From: an uncultured Actinomycetota bacterium
Lineage (GTDB): Bacteria > Actinomycetota > Actinomycetes > Streptosporangiales > Streptosporangiaceae
Direction: 5' to 3'
DNA: 64,000 nucleotides
NCBI GenBank assembly: GCA_963839095.1
Contig: CAWIUF010000004.1
Coordinates: forward strand, 669 to 64,668
In this document: one piece after another, positions 7,674 through 17,416 of the stretch
Layout: every line of letters begins with the position of its first letter
Position numbering within the stretch: position 1 is the first letter of the stretch
The notes under the pieces: generated by a model
What the model was told of the DNA's origin: nothing
What the model saw: only the letters and a program-made list of their open reading frames with translations
Database searches by the model: none
Position numbers and translations under genes: made by a program

Positions 7674-8711
7674 TTAGCTGCGGAGGGCGTTACGGCAGAT
7701 AACCAGCGCCTGCTGGATGTCCGCGGAGCTGATGCCGTGATGGGTCACGAAGCGAACCAGGTCCGGGCCGTATTCTCCGCCGAGCAACCCCTGGTCCGAG
7801 CATCCGGTGAGGAAGTCGGCCGCGTGCATGTTCTTCAACCGGAAATACGCGATGTTGGTCTGGACCCTGCTGAGGTCACAGTCGATCCCCGGCATCTCGG
7901 CCATGCCCTCGGCCAGCGAGCGCGCGTTTTCATGGTCATCGGCGAGCCGCCCCGTCATTGTCGCCAGGGCTACCAGGCCAGCGGCGGCTAGGACACCGGC
8001 CTGCCGCATACCCCCGCCCAGCATCTTGCGCCAGCGTCTGGCTTGCCTGATCTTCCCCGCTGGTCCGCACAGCATGCTGCCGACCGGGCAGCACAACCCC
8101 TTGGACAGGCAGAACGAGACCGTGTTGGCGTACTGCGCGATAGCCCGGACATCCGCGCCGGTCGCGACGGATGCGTTAAAGATCCGGGCGCCGTCCACGT
8201 GCACAGCCAGGCCGCTGGAGCGGGCAGCCTCGGAAAGACGCCGCAGATCCTGCTCGGGCCAGGCGACTCCGCCGTGCCAGTTATGCGTGTTCTCGATAAT
8301 GACGGCAGCGGACAGCGGCTGGTGGTCATCGTCGGTCGGGCGGAGCGCGGTCAGGAGTTGCGCCGGGCTCAGTATGCCGCGCTCCGTCGGGACCTGCCGG
8401 ACCTGGATACCTCCGACCATCGCGGCTCCAGCCGCCTCGTTCAGGAACAAGTGGGAGTCAGCATCCGCGATGACCTCTTGCCCGGAACGAGCGTTGACGA
8501 GCAGCCCGAGCAGATTACCCATCGTCCCGCTGGCAACGAACAGGGCCGCTTCCTTGCCCATCCGATCGGCCGCCGTCTCCTCCAGCCGTCTGACGGTCGG
8601 GTCCTCGCCAAACACATCGTCACCGAGCGGTGCGCTCGTCATGGCCCGGAGCATGTCCTCCGTGGGAAGCGTCACCGTGTCGGAGCGCAGGTCAATCTTG
8701 CTCATGTCCAA
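7674..8711 (-). CDS. ltaE: low-specificity L-threonine aldolase (PLP-dependent)
   Basis: 345 aa. IDLRSDTVTLPT...GDDVFGEDPTV...FVASGTMGNL.., colinear with threonine aldolases. Confidence 0.8.
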   Translation of the reverse strand: MDMSKIDLRSDTVTLPTEDMLRAMTSAPLGDDVFGEDPTVRRLEETAADRMGKEAALFVASGTMGNLLGLLVNARSGQEVIADADSHLFLNEAAGAAMVGGIQVRQVPTERGILSPAQLLTALRPTDDDHQPLSAAVIIENTHNWHGGVAWPEQDLRRLSEAARSSGLAVHVDGARIFNASVATGADVRAIAQYANTVSFCLSKGLCCPVGSMLCGPAGKIRQARRWRKMLGGGMRQAGVLAAAGLVALATMTGRLADDHENARSLAEGMAEMPGIDCDLSRVQTNIAYFRLKNMHAADFLTGCSDQGLLGGEYGPDLVRFVTHHGISSADIQQALVICRNALRS

Positions 8712-9018
8712 CTCGCTTCGCGCGATAGGTCATCACTGCTGCCGAAGGCACTGACCCGAGGGCTCACGGGCCGGGGATGTTACCGATTTTCCGCCAGGGT
8801 ACGCGCAGTGCGGCCGCTGGACTTCGCTGCGGCTCCATCCCGGACCTCCCCTCGTGACTGAGGCATGAGCGAGGCCGGTTGCCGCCACGAGTTCCTCCCG
8901 GGAAGCCGGGGCGGGACCGGCAACCAGACGCACCGGGAGCGGGTCACCTTCGAGCACAAGATCGCGGTTCGTATGGTGACACGTTCGGCCCACTTTACGG
9001 TCGGCACGCCGTTCGGGG

Positions 9019-9414
9019 TTAGCTGATCCAGTTCACCTGGATGATGACCACGCGTTCGCCGCGGACGTCGGTCAGGTAGACGAGCATTAACGGGCCCCGC
9101 TGGACGGTGCGCAGTCCCGGCGGCTCGCCGGCGAATTCCCGCCCGTCGAGGAAGATCATCGATTCGCGGACGGTCAGTTCCTCGGCTACCTGACGGACCG
9201 CCTTCAGTGCGGCAGGTGGCAGCCCGCCGAGGAGGTCATCGTGACGATTCCCAGTGCCGCGGCCACCCGCGACCTCGCGGTAGGCCGCCTGGACGATCTC
9301 GGCGGCTTCCCGGACCGCCTGGTTCGGACGGCGGGGTCGGGGTCGGCGAGGGCTCGTTCGGTGGGTGCAGCTGGGCGGCGGCCGAGGGCCGCCGCTCGAT
9401 GGCGACGGCGGCAA
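9019..9414 (-). CDS. ORF with a RelE/ParE-like toxin C-terminal half; the N-terminal part is atypical
   Basis: The C-terminus ..FAGEPPGLRTVQRGPLMLVYLTDVRGERVVIIQVNWIS fits the RelE/ParE core. The upstream 9240-9640 region has overlapping open frames with no clean antitoxin. Confidence 0.4.
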   Translation of the reverse strand: MPPSPSSGGPRPPPSCTHRTSPRRPRPRRPNQAVREAAEIVQAAYREVAGGRGTGNRHDDLLGGLPPAALKAVRQVAEELTVRESMIFLDGREFAGEPPGLRTVQRGPLMLVYLTDVRGERVVIIQVNWIS

Positions 9415-9749
9415 CCCAGCGCTGGTAGAAGTGGCGGATGGGGAAGACGCTGTCCTCTTCCCCGCCTGGTGAAGGCGTCCTGGATCTCCTGGAAGAACTC
9501 CGGCAGCCGGGCCGGGGACCGGGGCGACCGCCTGGCGCAGAGCGGGCAGCGACAGGACGGCACGGAAATCAACGGCTGGTCACCCCGCGGGTACTCGGCA
9601 GTCACCCAGCCCGCCTCCTTGACGTCCAGCAGCAGAATAAGCCGTGCCGCGCCTCGAGGCGGAGTCTGGCATTCGCCCGCGCGGGGGGGGGCTGGGCGCT
9701 CGTGATGGCGTTACCACAGTAACAGGACGGGAGGATGCCGGCGCTTGCC

Positions 9750-9840
9750 GTGGACCGGTTCGTGGACCGAGCCACCCGTGCCAACGGTGCAATGAGCGCC
9801 ATCGGCGGCACGGCTCCGTGGCATCGGTGCTAGCTGTGCT
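9750..9840 (+). repeat. repeat X, copy C (no tRNA half attached)
   Basis: GTGGACCGGTTCGTGGACCGAGCC...ATCGGCGGCACGGCTCCGTGGCATCGGTGCTAG, about 80% like copy B by eye. Confidence 0.55.
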
Positions 9841-10045
9841 CGTTGTGCCGGGCTGCCGCCTTGGCGGGGGTCAGCGTGAACGCGGCCCAGAAGATCAGCG
9901 CGGCTACGGCGAAGAGCGCCGCTCCCCACTGGTAGCCGTGCGCGATAAGGATGATGCCCAGGATCAGGTTCCAGGCGCCGGCGGTGATGCGGATGCCGGT
10001 GACGCCGTGGGGGTGACGGTATCCCCATGACCGTGCTGCAGACAT
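9830..10045 (-). CDS. small two-TM membrane protein
   Basis: ATG 10045. MSAARSWGYRHPHGVTGIRITAGAWNLILGIILIAHGYQWGAALFAVAALIFWAAF.. has two hydrophobic spans and a GC3-rich frame. Confidence 0.5.
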   Translation of the reverse strand: MSAARSWGYRHPHGVTGIRITAGAWNLILGIILIAHGYQWGAALFAVAALIFWAAFTLTPAKAAARHNEHS

Positions 10046-10451
10046 CGCGTGCTCTCTTGCGAGCGGTGCCCGGCCTGTCCGGCCACCTGTCTCTATGCTC
10101 TTGCACGCCGGGCGGGGATCCATCATGCGACCACCCGAACCCCAGGTACGCCTACCACGATCCCGGGTCCAGCCTCCGGCAGCGCCGGTAACTGTTTCAG
10201 GGGCACCACGCCAGAATGGCCGTAGACGGGCTGCGGGTGCGGGATCAAGCTCAACGTCAAAAGGACCTCCGCCACCTCAACGTGAGGCGCTACGAGAGCT
10301 GGTACCAGGTGATCCTTGACGATTTCTAGACTTGATCCTCCGCCCTGTCGCTGGCCCCGGTCTAACCGCCGTGGAGCCGAACGCTCTGGGGATTTTCTGC
10401 CATAGCAAGGTAGAGACCATCATCCAGCTGCGGTAGAGGAGCCATCGGCAG

Positions 10452-11442
10452 ATGAGAGCAGGCAAAGCCAGCGAAGACAGCCGAGGGCACCGTCCCGTCA
10501 GTGGCGGCGCGACGACTGATGTCGGCCACGCGAGCGGCGTTGACGGGCTAATCGCCGCGAGGGTGGGCCTTGCGGACCAGCTGCGGGCCAGCGGCCGGGC
10601 AGGCCCGGCAGTGAGCGCCGTTTTCGGGATAGTTCCCCGGCACGCCTTCCTGTCTCAGATCGAAGCTGAGAACGCCTATCAGGACTCCGCCATCGTGATC
10701 AAGTCAGATGCCAGCGGCCTGCCGGTGGGCGCGTCCACCCAGCCCGCCATCATGGCGATCATGCTTGGCCAGCTCGGGCTCGCCAATGGGCAGCGTGTGC
10801 TCGAGATCAGTACCGGCACCGGCTACAACGCGGCACTGATCGCCGAGATCATCGGCGACCCGAATGCCGTCGTCACGATCGATGTCGAACCTGACCTGAT
10901 CGAGCAGGCACGTGTGAACCTGGCGCCAGCTGAAGAACACAGGAAGGCAAGGGCGATGATCGACACACTGATCCGGTCGGCTCCCCCGGACGGCGCGACC
11001 GATGGCCAGACTCCGGCTGCGGTCGAGGGGCGCCCGTCCGGGCTCGCCCGGCATGCGACGTCGGCGCCGGGGGCGGCTGTGGGCACTCCTGCACGCTCAG
11101 GCTCTGCTCGCGGCCCGGCCGCGGACGGGGCCGGCATCGAAGATGACTCGCGGCGTATGGCTGGCCCGGGGCAAGGTGACCCGTGGCTATCTAGCTGCTG
11201 CCGGTTACGCCGGCGGGCTGACCCAGCGCGGCGACTTCGGGATTGTTGTCCAGGGCTACGGCGCGGCCGGGACCAGCCTCGCTGAGCACCTGGCCCGGCA
11301 GGCGGCCGTCTGGGACCGGCTACGCAGGCCGGGCGCTGACAGTCTGGAACTTGCCGCCTATCCGGCAGGCACGCTTGTGAAGGCGCCCGGAGGCAGCGTG
11401 AGATCACACAGTGGTACGGCCACAATGGCGGCGTGGCGCTGA
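10452..11442 (+). pseudogene. protein-L-isoaspartate O-methyltransferase-like (PIMT family) gene with an internal deletion or frameshift
   Basis: The N-terminal half is good (..VPRHAFL..ASTQPAIMAIMLGQLGL..RVLEISTGTGYNAALIAEI..) and then breaks after ARVNLAP. A typical C-terminal tail (..RGDFGIVVQGYGAAGTSLAEHLARQAAVWDRLRRP..) is in another frame (ORF 11002..11442). Confidence 0.55.
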
Positions 11443-11450
11443 GGAGCGAT

Positions 11451-12006
11451 GTGGAATCAGACAGTGACCTGATTGAACGGTCAGTACGCGGCCGTCCCGA
11501 AGCGTTCGTTGAGGTGGTCCGCGTCACGAGGTTGCCATTCATGGCTTCCTCGCCCGCCGAGCGCGACGTCAGGATGCCGATGATCTGCTAGCCGAGGTAT
11601 GGATGCGCGCCTTCGCAGCACGGACCGGCTACGACCTGGGCTACAGCGACGCGCGGCCGTGGCTTTACGGGATCGCCCGGAATGTGCTGCGCAGCCACTG
11701 GAGAAACAGTAGCGGCGCATATTACGACGCCCCCGACGAGACAGTTGACCCTGTGGGACGACGTGAATGACCGGCTGGAATCTATCGGCCGGAGTACAAG
11801 CACTGGCGTCGGCGGTGCGGGCACTTCCGGCCGCTGAACGTGAAGTCCTGCTGCTCGTGGCGTGGGAGCAGCTCACGCCGGCGGAGGCCGCAAAAGTGCT
11901 TGGAGTTCCGCAAGGCACGGCACGGAGTCGCCTGCACCGGGCTCGAGCCGTACTGCGTCGCGTGCTCAGCGCACACGGCGCCGAGGGTGCTGAGGTGAAA
12001 AAATGA
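11451..12006 (+). pseudogene. ECF sigma-70 factor with at least 2 frameshifts
   Basis: GTG 11451 after GAGGAG. Region-2 text (DLIERSVRGRPEAFVEVV.. / ..LLAEVWMRAFAARTGYD..RPWLYGIARNVLRSHWR) and region 4 (ALPAAEREVLLLVAWEQLTPAEAAKVLGVPQGTARSRLHRAR) lie in different frames. Confidence 0.65.
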
Positions 12007-12254
12007 GCAGGGACAACGAAGAGCCCCAGATCACTGACCAGCTATGTGCAATCGGTCAGGTCGAGCCGCCCTCTGCCAGCGTGCTCGACGACGCGCGCGA
12101 AACGCTGTGGTCAGCTATTGCCGATGAAATGCTCGATAGCGGCCTCGCGGACAGGCAGACGACATCGGCAGGATCAGATGAGGATGGTCGCACGGCACGA
12201 CGACGCCAGCAGAACCGCTCGCAAAATATCGAGCGCCGCCTAGGAAACGCTTGA
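12003..12254 (+). CDS. short hypothetical protein in the anti-sigma position (probably truncated)
   Basis: ATGA overlap with the sigma stop. 83 aa, no TM segment. Confidence 0.35.
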   Translation: MSRDNEEPQITDQLCAIGQVEPPSASVLDDARETLWSAIADEMLDSGLADRQTTSAGSDEDGRTARRRQQNRSQNIERRLGNA

Positions 12255-12827
12255 TCATAACTGCCGCCACTCCCAGCGCGGGCGGTGTCTACGATCAGCT
12301 CGAGCTTTTGAGTCAACGATCAGTCGGAGTCGGGCATGAATAGCCCTAACGATCATGTTCGCCAGCGCCTATCCCTACGGATGGCCACCGATGCGGCCCG
12401 GTGGATCGAGACGGCGCCCGTCAGTGAGAACGACCGCCGCAAATCTGCTACAGCAACGCGGCGGCACTATTCGGCATCCCCAGGTAAGTCCACGTCACCT
12501 CGGGACCGATCCGATCCCGCCGCCCGCGCGTGACCACAAGCCGTGCAGCTCTCAAGCGAGCACAAGGCATAATCTGACCAAACGAGGTGGCTATCCCGCC
12601 TCCCTCAGCCGATTTGCCCCGGATGGTGCCGCCATGACCGGTCTGCCAGACCTGATCGGGCTGCTCACCGGGCCGACTGGACCCGCCTGTCCCTGTCGGC
12701 CGAGCTGCGCGCCGAATATGGCCAGGAGCCGCCCCCGCGCTCACCGTGCAAGTACCGGTCCCGCTGGTACCGCGACTGGCCGGGGCAGAGCCGGCCATGC
12801 CGAGCTGCCCGGCGGCGGACACCACGA

Positions 12828-13555
12828 TCACTCTGCGTGGCGCTGTTTATGATCAGGCACGCGAACAGCCGCTGCTCTCCCTCGGGCGATGCCGCACGGG
12901 GGCCGCCGTCGCAGCGGTTTAGATCCAGCTGTCCCACACTGCGGGAAGCGCGCGCGCATGCTCGCCGGTTTCCTGGTCCGCGGTTGCCTGCTAGGCCATT
13001 CATAGGTGAGCCTGGGCGAGATGGCGAAGCTGCCGCAAGCCGTGAGCTCTGGGTAGGACTCGGCCAGCCAGGGCAGCATCGGCGGGCCGCCCGCCCAGGC
13101 CGAGAAGGCGGGCAGCGTCACCTCGATGTCCCGCGGACCGCGCCGGGACCATTCAAAATCCAGCAGCCCCACGACGCGGCCGTCCTGGACCAGGACGTTA
13201 GCCGGGGTGCAGTCGCCGTGCAGCACCACATCCGCGTCCCGGCTGATCGTGAGCTGCCCGCCAGCAGTTCCGCCTCCCGCATCAGGCGGTCAACGTCGCC
13301 GCGGTAGCAGACCTGCAGCACCATGTCCCCGGGCAAGAACCACGTATCGTTCGAACCGCTCTCCACGAAGACCTCGTTGCCGGTGAGCCGCAAGCCCGCC
13401 AGCTTCGCGACCTGGGCTAGGCGACGCCGGGCGACCACCTCATCCCAGGGCCATCGCGGTATCCCGTCCACGACCGGCACACACCGCCGGGCAGGTTGTA
13501 CGGGCCCGTGAAGCGGGCGATCAGGTCCGCGTCCATAACATCGAACATTCCACAT
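12828..13555 (-). pseudogene. aminoglycoside/choline-kinase-type phosphotransferase (APH family), frameshifted
   Basis: HGDCTPANVLVQDGRVVGLLDFEW catalytic/Mg loop in ORF 12828..13229. The N-lobe (..LRLTGNEVFVESGSNDTWFL..) is in ORF 13118..13651. The frames join near 13240. Confidence 0.6.
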
Positions 13556-14115
13556 AGCGGCGGACAGCACCACGCCACCCAGGCAAGGCGAAAATATCCG
13601 GCCGGGCATGCGGCTCTCGCGGCGCGACGAGCAGGGAATCCGGTCACTCACTGTGACGGCTGTGGCATTGGCCGCATGACCGCCACTGGGCAGATCCGGA
13701 TGACCGTCTACAGTCCCGCGGGTCAGCGGCCGGCCGCAAGCCGGTTCCGGAGGGACGCAAAACGCTGTTGAGGCGCGGGGGCCTGGCCGTATCCGCCAAA
13801 GCCGCCGCGCGCTCTCACACCGGTGACGTGCGGTCCGTTCTCATGAACATCAACCGCGTCCCGCCGTGCCCATGTGCGGCTAAAAGTCACGAACGAAGTC
13901 ACCTCGCTGCGGTGACCCATCTGGTCGTCGGCGACGGCGGGCCTGGTGACCGCAGCGCCCGGCATGCCGCGGATAAATCCCATGTGCGGCAGGTGGCCGG
14001 GCATGGGCCTGTAGCGGGGGGCATTCGCCCTGGTTTACTATCCCCTGATGGCCGGTACGCGCTCCGGGTTGAGCGAGTCACGGCGGGTATGGGGGAACAC
14101 GGACAGGAGCGGCTG

Positions 14116-14962
14116 ATGCCATCAACCCCCCCGGACCTGAGCCTGACCCCGGACCCGGACGCCAGTCCCGGCCAGGCAGCCCAGCCGGGTTTTGACGTCT
14201 CCAGGGCTCACCCAGCCCGGATCTATGACTACTCGCTCGGCGGGAAGGACCACTTCCCGGCCGACCGCGAGGCCGCCGAGCAGGCCATCAGGGATTTCCC
14301 CGGGATCGTCTCCTCGGTCCGCGCACAGCGCGTGTTCCTCGGGCGCGTTGTCCGTTACCTCGCCGGCCAGACGGGCGTCCGCCAGTTCCTCGACATCGGC
14401 ACCGGGTTGCCCGCCGAAACAACACGCACGAGGTGGCCCAGTCCGTGGCGCCGGAAAGCCGGATCGTCTACGTCGACAACGACCCGATGGTGCTCGCGCA
14501 CGCCCGGTCGCTCCTGGCCAGCAGCCCGGAGGGTGCCACCGACTACCTCGACGCCGATCTGCGCAATAGCGGTGGGATCATCGAGCGTGCCGCTGCCACC
14601 CTGGACTTTTCCCGGCCGGTAGCGGTCATCCTGATCGGCATCCTCCACCTGATCGGCAACGAGGACGGGCCGCACGTGATCGTCCGGCAGATCATGGCTA
14701 CCGTGCCGTAAGGCAGCTGGCTGGCGATCCTCCACCCGGCCAGCGACATTAGCTCGAGCTAGACAAGATGACCAAGGGGTACAACAAGAAGTCCGCGACG
14801 TCGGCGACGCTGCGGAGCCGAGCCGAGGTGTCCGCGTTCTTCGACGGCCTGAACCTGCTCCCGCCAGGACTCGTGCACCTAGGCTGCTGGGTAGCTGGAA
14901 GCCCCCAGCCTGCTCCTGAGCCCGGCATGCCGGCCTGGACCGGGCTGGCATCCAAACCCTGA
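14116..14962 (+). pseudogene. DUF574-type SAM-dependent methyltransferase with a frameshift and in-frame stops
   Basis: ARIYDYSLGGKDHFPADREAAE.. then a frame change near 14420 (..SRIVYVDNDPMVLAHAR..). TAA at 14708-14710 and TAG at 14758-14760 interrupt ..VP*GSWLAILHPASDISSS*. The tail ..RSRAEVSAFFDGLNLLPPGLVHLGCW is in a third frame. Confidence 0.65.
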
Positions 14963-15108
14963 ACCTCGTTGGCCGGGTGCACGGTGCCCGGAGCGCACGC
15001 TGCTCTGGGCAAGAACCTCGGTGCGGGGTCCGGGGAGAACCAGAACAGGATGGGACGCTGAGGTCGGCCCTGTCGGCGGGTCGCACTCTGAGCGCGCGGG
15101 CCAGGCTG

Positions 15109-15149
15109 ATAATCCGCCGGTCGTGGGTTCGAGCCCCACCGGCCTCACC
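15109..15149 (+). other. orphan tRNA 3' half, variant (loop CTGATAA, acceptor CGGCCTC)
   Basis: Same anticodon-stem/T-arm as the other two. GAGGTCG at 15060-15066 could pair with the acceptor, but the 56 nt in between give no D or anticodon arm. Confidence 0.5.
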
Positions 15150-15307
15150 TCGCCGATTCCCAGTACAAGCGCGATTTACCGATGTCAGCGGGAGCGGGGG
15201 AGCGCGTCAGGTATGCCAGGCCGGGACGGCGGTCTTGAGGCAGATCGTCGGCATGGTGGTCTCGCCTGCCCACAGCTCGGCTAGGCCGACCCGCACGGGA
15301 TAATGCT
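15109..15307 (+). repeat. right copy of the ~200-bp direct repeat, contiguous with the intact gene 15207..16334
   Basis: See 4638-4845. Confidence 0.8.
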
Positions 15308-16334
15308 GCGGACGGTTCCACAGCGAGTAGACGTCCTGGCCGTCGCCCGTAGCCACCGCCATATGGGTCGAGGTGTCTTCGCCTTCCCTGACGCCCGAGG
15401 CGTAAAAGGCCACCAGGTCACCGCGTTGCAATCGCAGGGCAGGCAGGTCCGTCCACCGGACCTTCTCGGTGCCGAAGTCTGCGCCGAGGGTCTCGGCCCA
15501 GTACTCGCTGCCGCCCGCGGAGCTGCCGGAGCGGCTGTTCGCGGCGGCGACGAAGCCGGGGCGCAGCCGGGCCAGGGCCGCGGCGTACGGGGCCAGCTCG
15601 TAGCACATCAGCTCCACCTGGCTCGTGGACGGCGGCAGCGCGAGGTCCATATCGAGCATGGCGCCGGGCACTTCGGCCTCGCCGGGAGCGTTCGGCTTGC
15701 TGACCAGGTGCCAGCCCGGTTTCCGCGGCGAGGGTTGGGCCTGGATCTCGTCACCGGCCTCGACCAGGGTGGTGCGACCGGGGATGGTGTGATCTTCTCG
15801 CAGCGTGCCCTGGAAATAGAAGCTGCTGCCCCGGCCATCGGTCCGCCTGGGCAGGCCGTCCTCGCCGGTGATCAGCTCGACCTTCGACCGCGGTACTGGC
15901 CGGGGGCCGATGTCCGTTAGCAGGACGTCCCACTCGTCCGCATCGGGCCGGTACGCCTCCCCGGGTACCCGCACGGCGGTCCCCGCCCGGAGGATCTCGT
16001 CCTCCTCGCGGAGGCTGAATTCTTGCGTGGCCCGCCCGCGGTTCCGCCAGGCCCCCCCGGAACCCCAGCTGATGTTCGGCTTGTCCAGGAGGTATCGGTC
16101 GACGGCGGCGCCCAGCACCTCGTCCACCGAGCTCGGCGCCACCCACGCGGAGCGGGTGGCGCCCTGGCGCGGTACCGTCACCCTGAACCGCCCGTTCCGC
16201 TTCTCCTCGACCGTGACATGCTCGCCTGCCAGGACCGGGAAATCCTCGATCGTCTCGTCCCGCAGCAGCACGCCGGTCCACGGGAACACAAGCCGCTCGT
16301 GGCACGGCCCGGCCGAGGCCCCAGTTTCGGTCAT
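15207..16334 (-). CDS. hypothetical cytoplasmic protein: three SH3-like repeats plus a possible papain/NlpC-P60-like C-terminal domain
   Basis: 375-aa GC3-rich ORF with no signal peptide. Three similar ~55-aa segments (LRDETIEDFPVLAGEHV.., LREEDEILRAGTAV.., LREDHTIPGRTTLV..). The C-terminal part has Cys (ELMCYEL), GDLVAFY and THMAVATGDG. The domain call is inference. Confidence 0.65.
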   Translation of the reverse strand: MTETGASAGPCHERLVFPWTGVLLRDETIEDFPVLAGEHVTVEEKRNGRFRVTVPRQGATRSAWVAPSSVDEVLGAAVDRYLLDKPNISWGSGGAWRNRGRATQEFSLREEDEILRAGTAVRVPGEAYRPDADEWDVLLTDIGPRPVPRSKVELITGEDGLPRRTDGRGSSFYFQGTLREDHTIPGRTTLVEAGDEIQAQPSPRKPGWHLVSKPNAPGEAEVPGAMLDMDLALPPSTSQVELMCYELAPYAAALARLRPGFVAAANSRSGSSAGGSEYWAETLGADFGTEKVRWTDLPALRLQRGDLVAFYASGVREGEDTSTHMAVATGDGQDVYSLWNRPQHYPVRVGLAELWAGETTMPTICLKTAVPAWHT

Positions 16335-16451
16335 CGCATGCCTTCCCGCCAGGAAACGCCGCCCACCCGGAGAATTTCACCCGCGCCCGGGCCGGTCAAG
16401 ACAGCGGCGGCAAGCACAGGCGGTCGCGCACCGCGTTCTCCGGCCCGTCGA

Positions 16452-17413
16452 CTAGGCATTGTTCCCGTCGAACACGGCGACCAGGCGCGGGTCACCGAAG
16501 GAGGTCACGCGGATGATGCCCGCGCGGGTGACGGTGAGCACCACGACGCCGTAAGGCTGGAAGCCACCCTGGGCGTCGCGGACGTATTCCACGGCCGCGG
16601 GCTGGCCGTTCGCGCGGGTGGGGAACATGCGCCAGGTACCGGGCGGGCCAATGACGCGGTCGCGGAGGAAGGGCACGCAGGTTCTGACGCCGGCGAACCA
16701 GGTGCGCATCGGGGTTGCCTCCAGGACGGCGTTGCGCACCAGCAGCCGCTCCAGTGCGGCGGCGTCCGCGTTCTCGAACGCCGCGATGTACTGGTCGAGC
16801 AGGGCGCGGGCCTGCGGCGCCGCCGGCTCGGTGATCTGCTCGGCGGCGGGCGCCAGTTCCTCCATCCGCGCGCGGGCGCGCTGCAGTGCGCTCTTGACGG
16901 CAACCGTGGTGGTGCCGAGCATGACCGCGACCTCGGCCGCGGGAAATTCCAGCACGTCCCGCAGGACCAGAACGGCGCGCTGCCGGGGCGGCAGGTACTG
17001 CAAGCTGGCGATCAGGGCCAGCCGCAGCCCCGCGCGCGCGGCGACGATAGCCGCCGGGTCAGCCGGACGTTCACCACCATTGTGTCCGGTACCGGGTCCA
17101 GCCAGGTGATTTCCGGGTCAGCAGGCCGTGGGTACACTTCGGGATCGGGCTCGGGAGCGCCCAGGCCAGACGGCAGCATCCGGCGGGCGGGCTTGGCCAG
17201 AGCGGTCAGGCAGGCGTTGGTGGCGATCCGGTACAGCCAGGTCCGCATCGATGACCGGCCCTCGAACCCGTCGTAGGAGCGCCAGGCGCGCAGGTAGGTC
17301 TCCTGGACCAGGTCCTCCGCGTCGGACACCGAGCCGAGCAGGCGGTAGCAGTGCGCGAACAGCTCCCGCCGGAACGGCTCGGCGTACTCGGCGAATGCCG
17401 CGCTATCCGGCAC
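16452..17413 (-). pseudogene. ECF sigma factor with SnoaL-like C-terminal domain (SigJ/TIGR02960-like), one frameshift
   Basis: Region 2 is in ORF 17012..17413 (..DLVQETYLRAWRSYDGFEGRSSMRTWLYRIATNACL..). Region 4 plus the NTF2-like domain is in ORF 16452..17003. The frames join at ~17072-17080. Confidence 0.75.
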
Positions 17414-17416
17414 CGG

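Larger units (their letters stand above)
4522..15307. mobile_element. putative decayed integrated-element mosaic bounded by ~200-bp direct repeats
   Basis: Direct repeats 4638-4845 and 15109-15307 begin in a tRNA anticodon loop. The interior is dominated by truncated, frameshifted or nonsense-bearing genes. No integrase or transposase is left except a doubtful IS701-like scrap (~10195-10321). Confidence 0.4.

Noticed and set aside
9683-9691. G9 homopolymer as a phase-variation switch
   Set aside because: It lies in non-coding, already degraded DNA with no downstream intact gene. It is more likely an error-prone or slippage-prone tract.
15060-15149. Possible complete long-arm tRNA (GAGGTCG at 15060 pairs with CGGCCTC at 15140)
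   Set aside because: The 56 nt in between give no D-stem, no 5-bp anticodon stem around any 7-nt loop, and no stable variable arm. The acceptor pairing alone (7 bp with one G-U) may be chance or vestigial.
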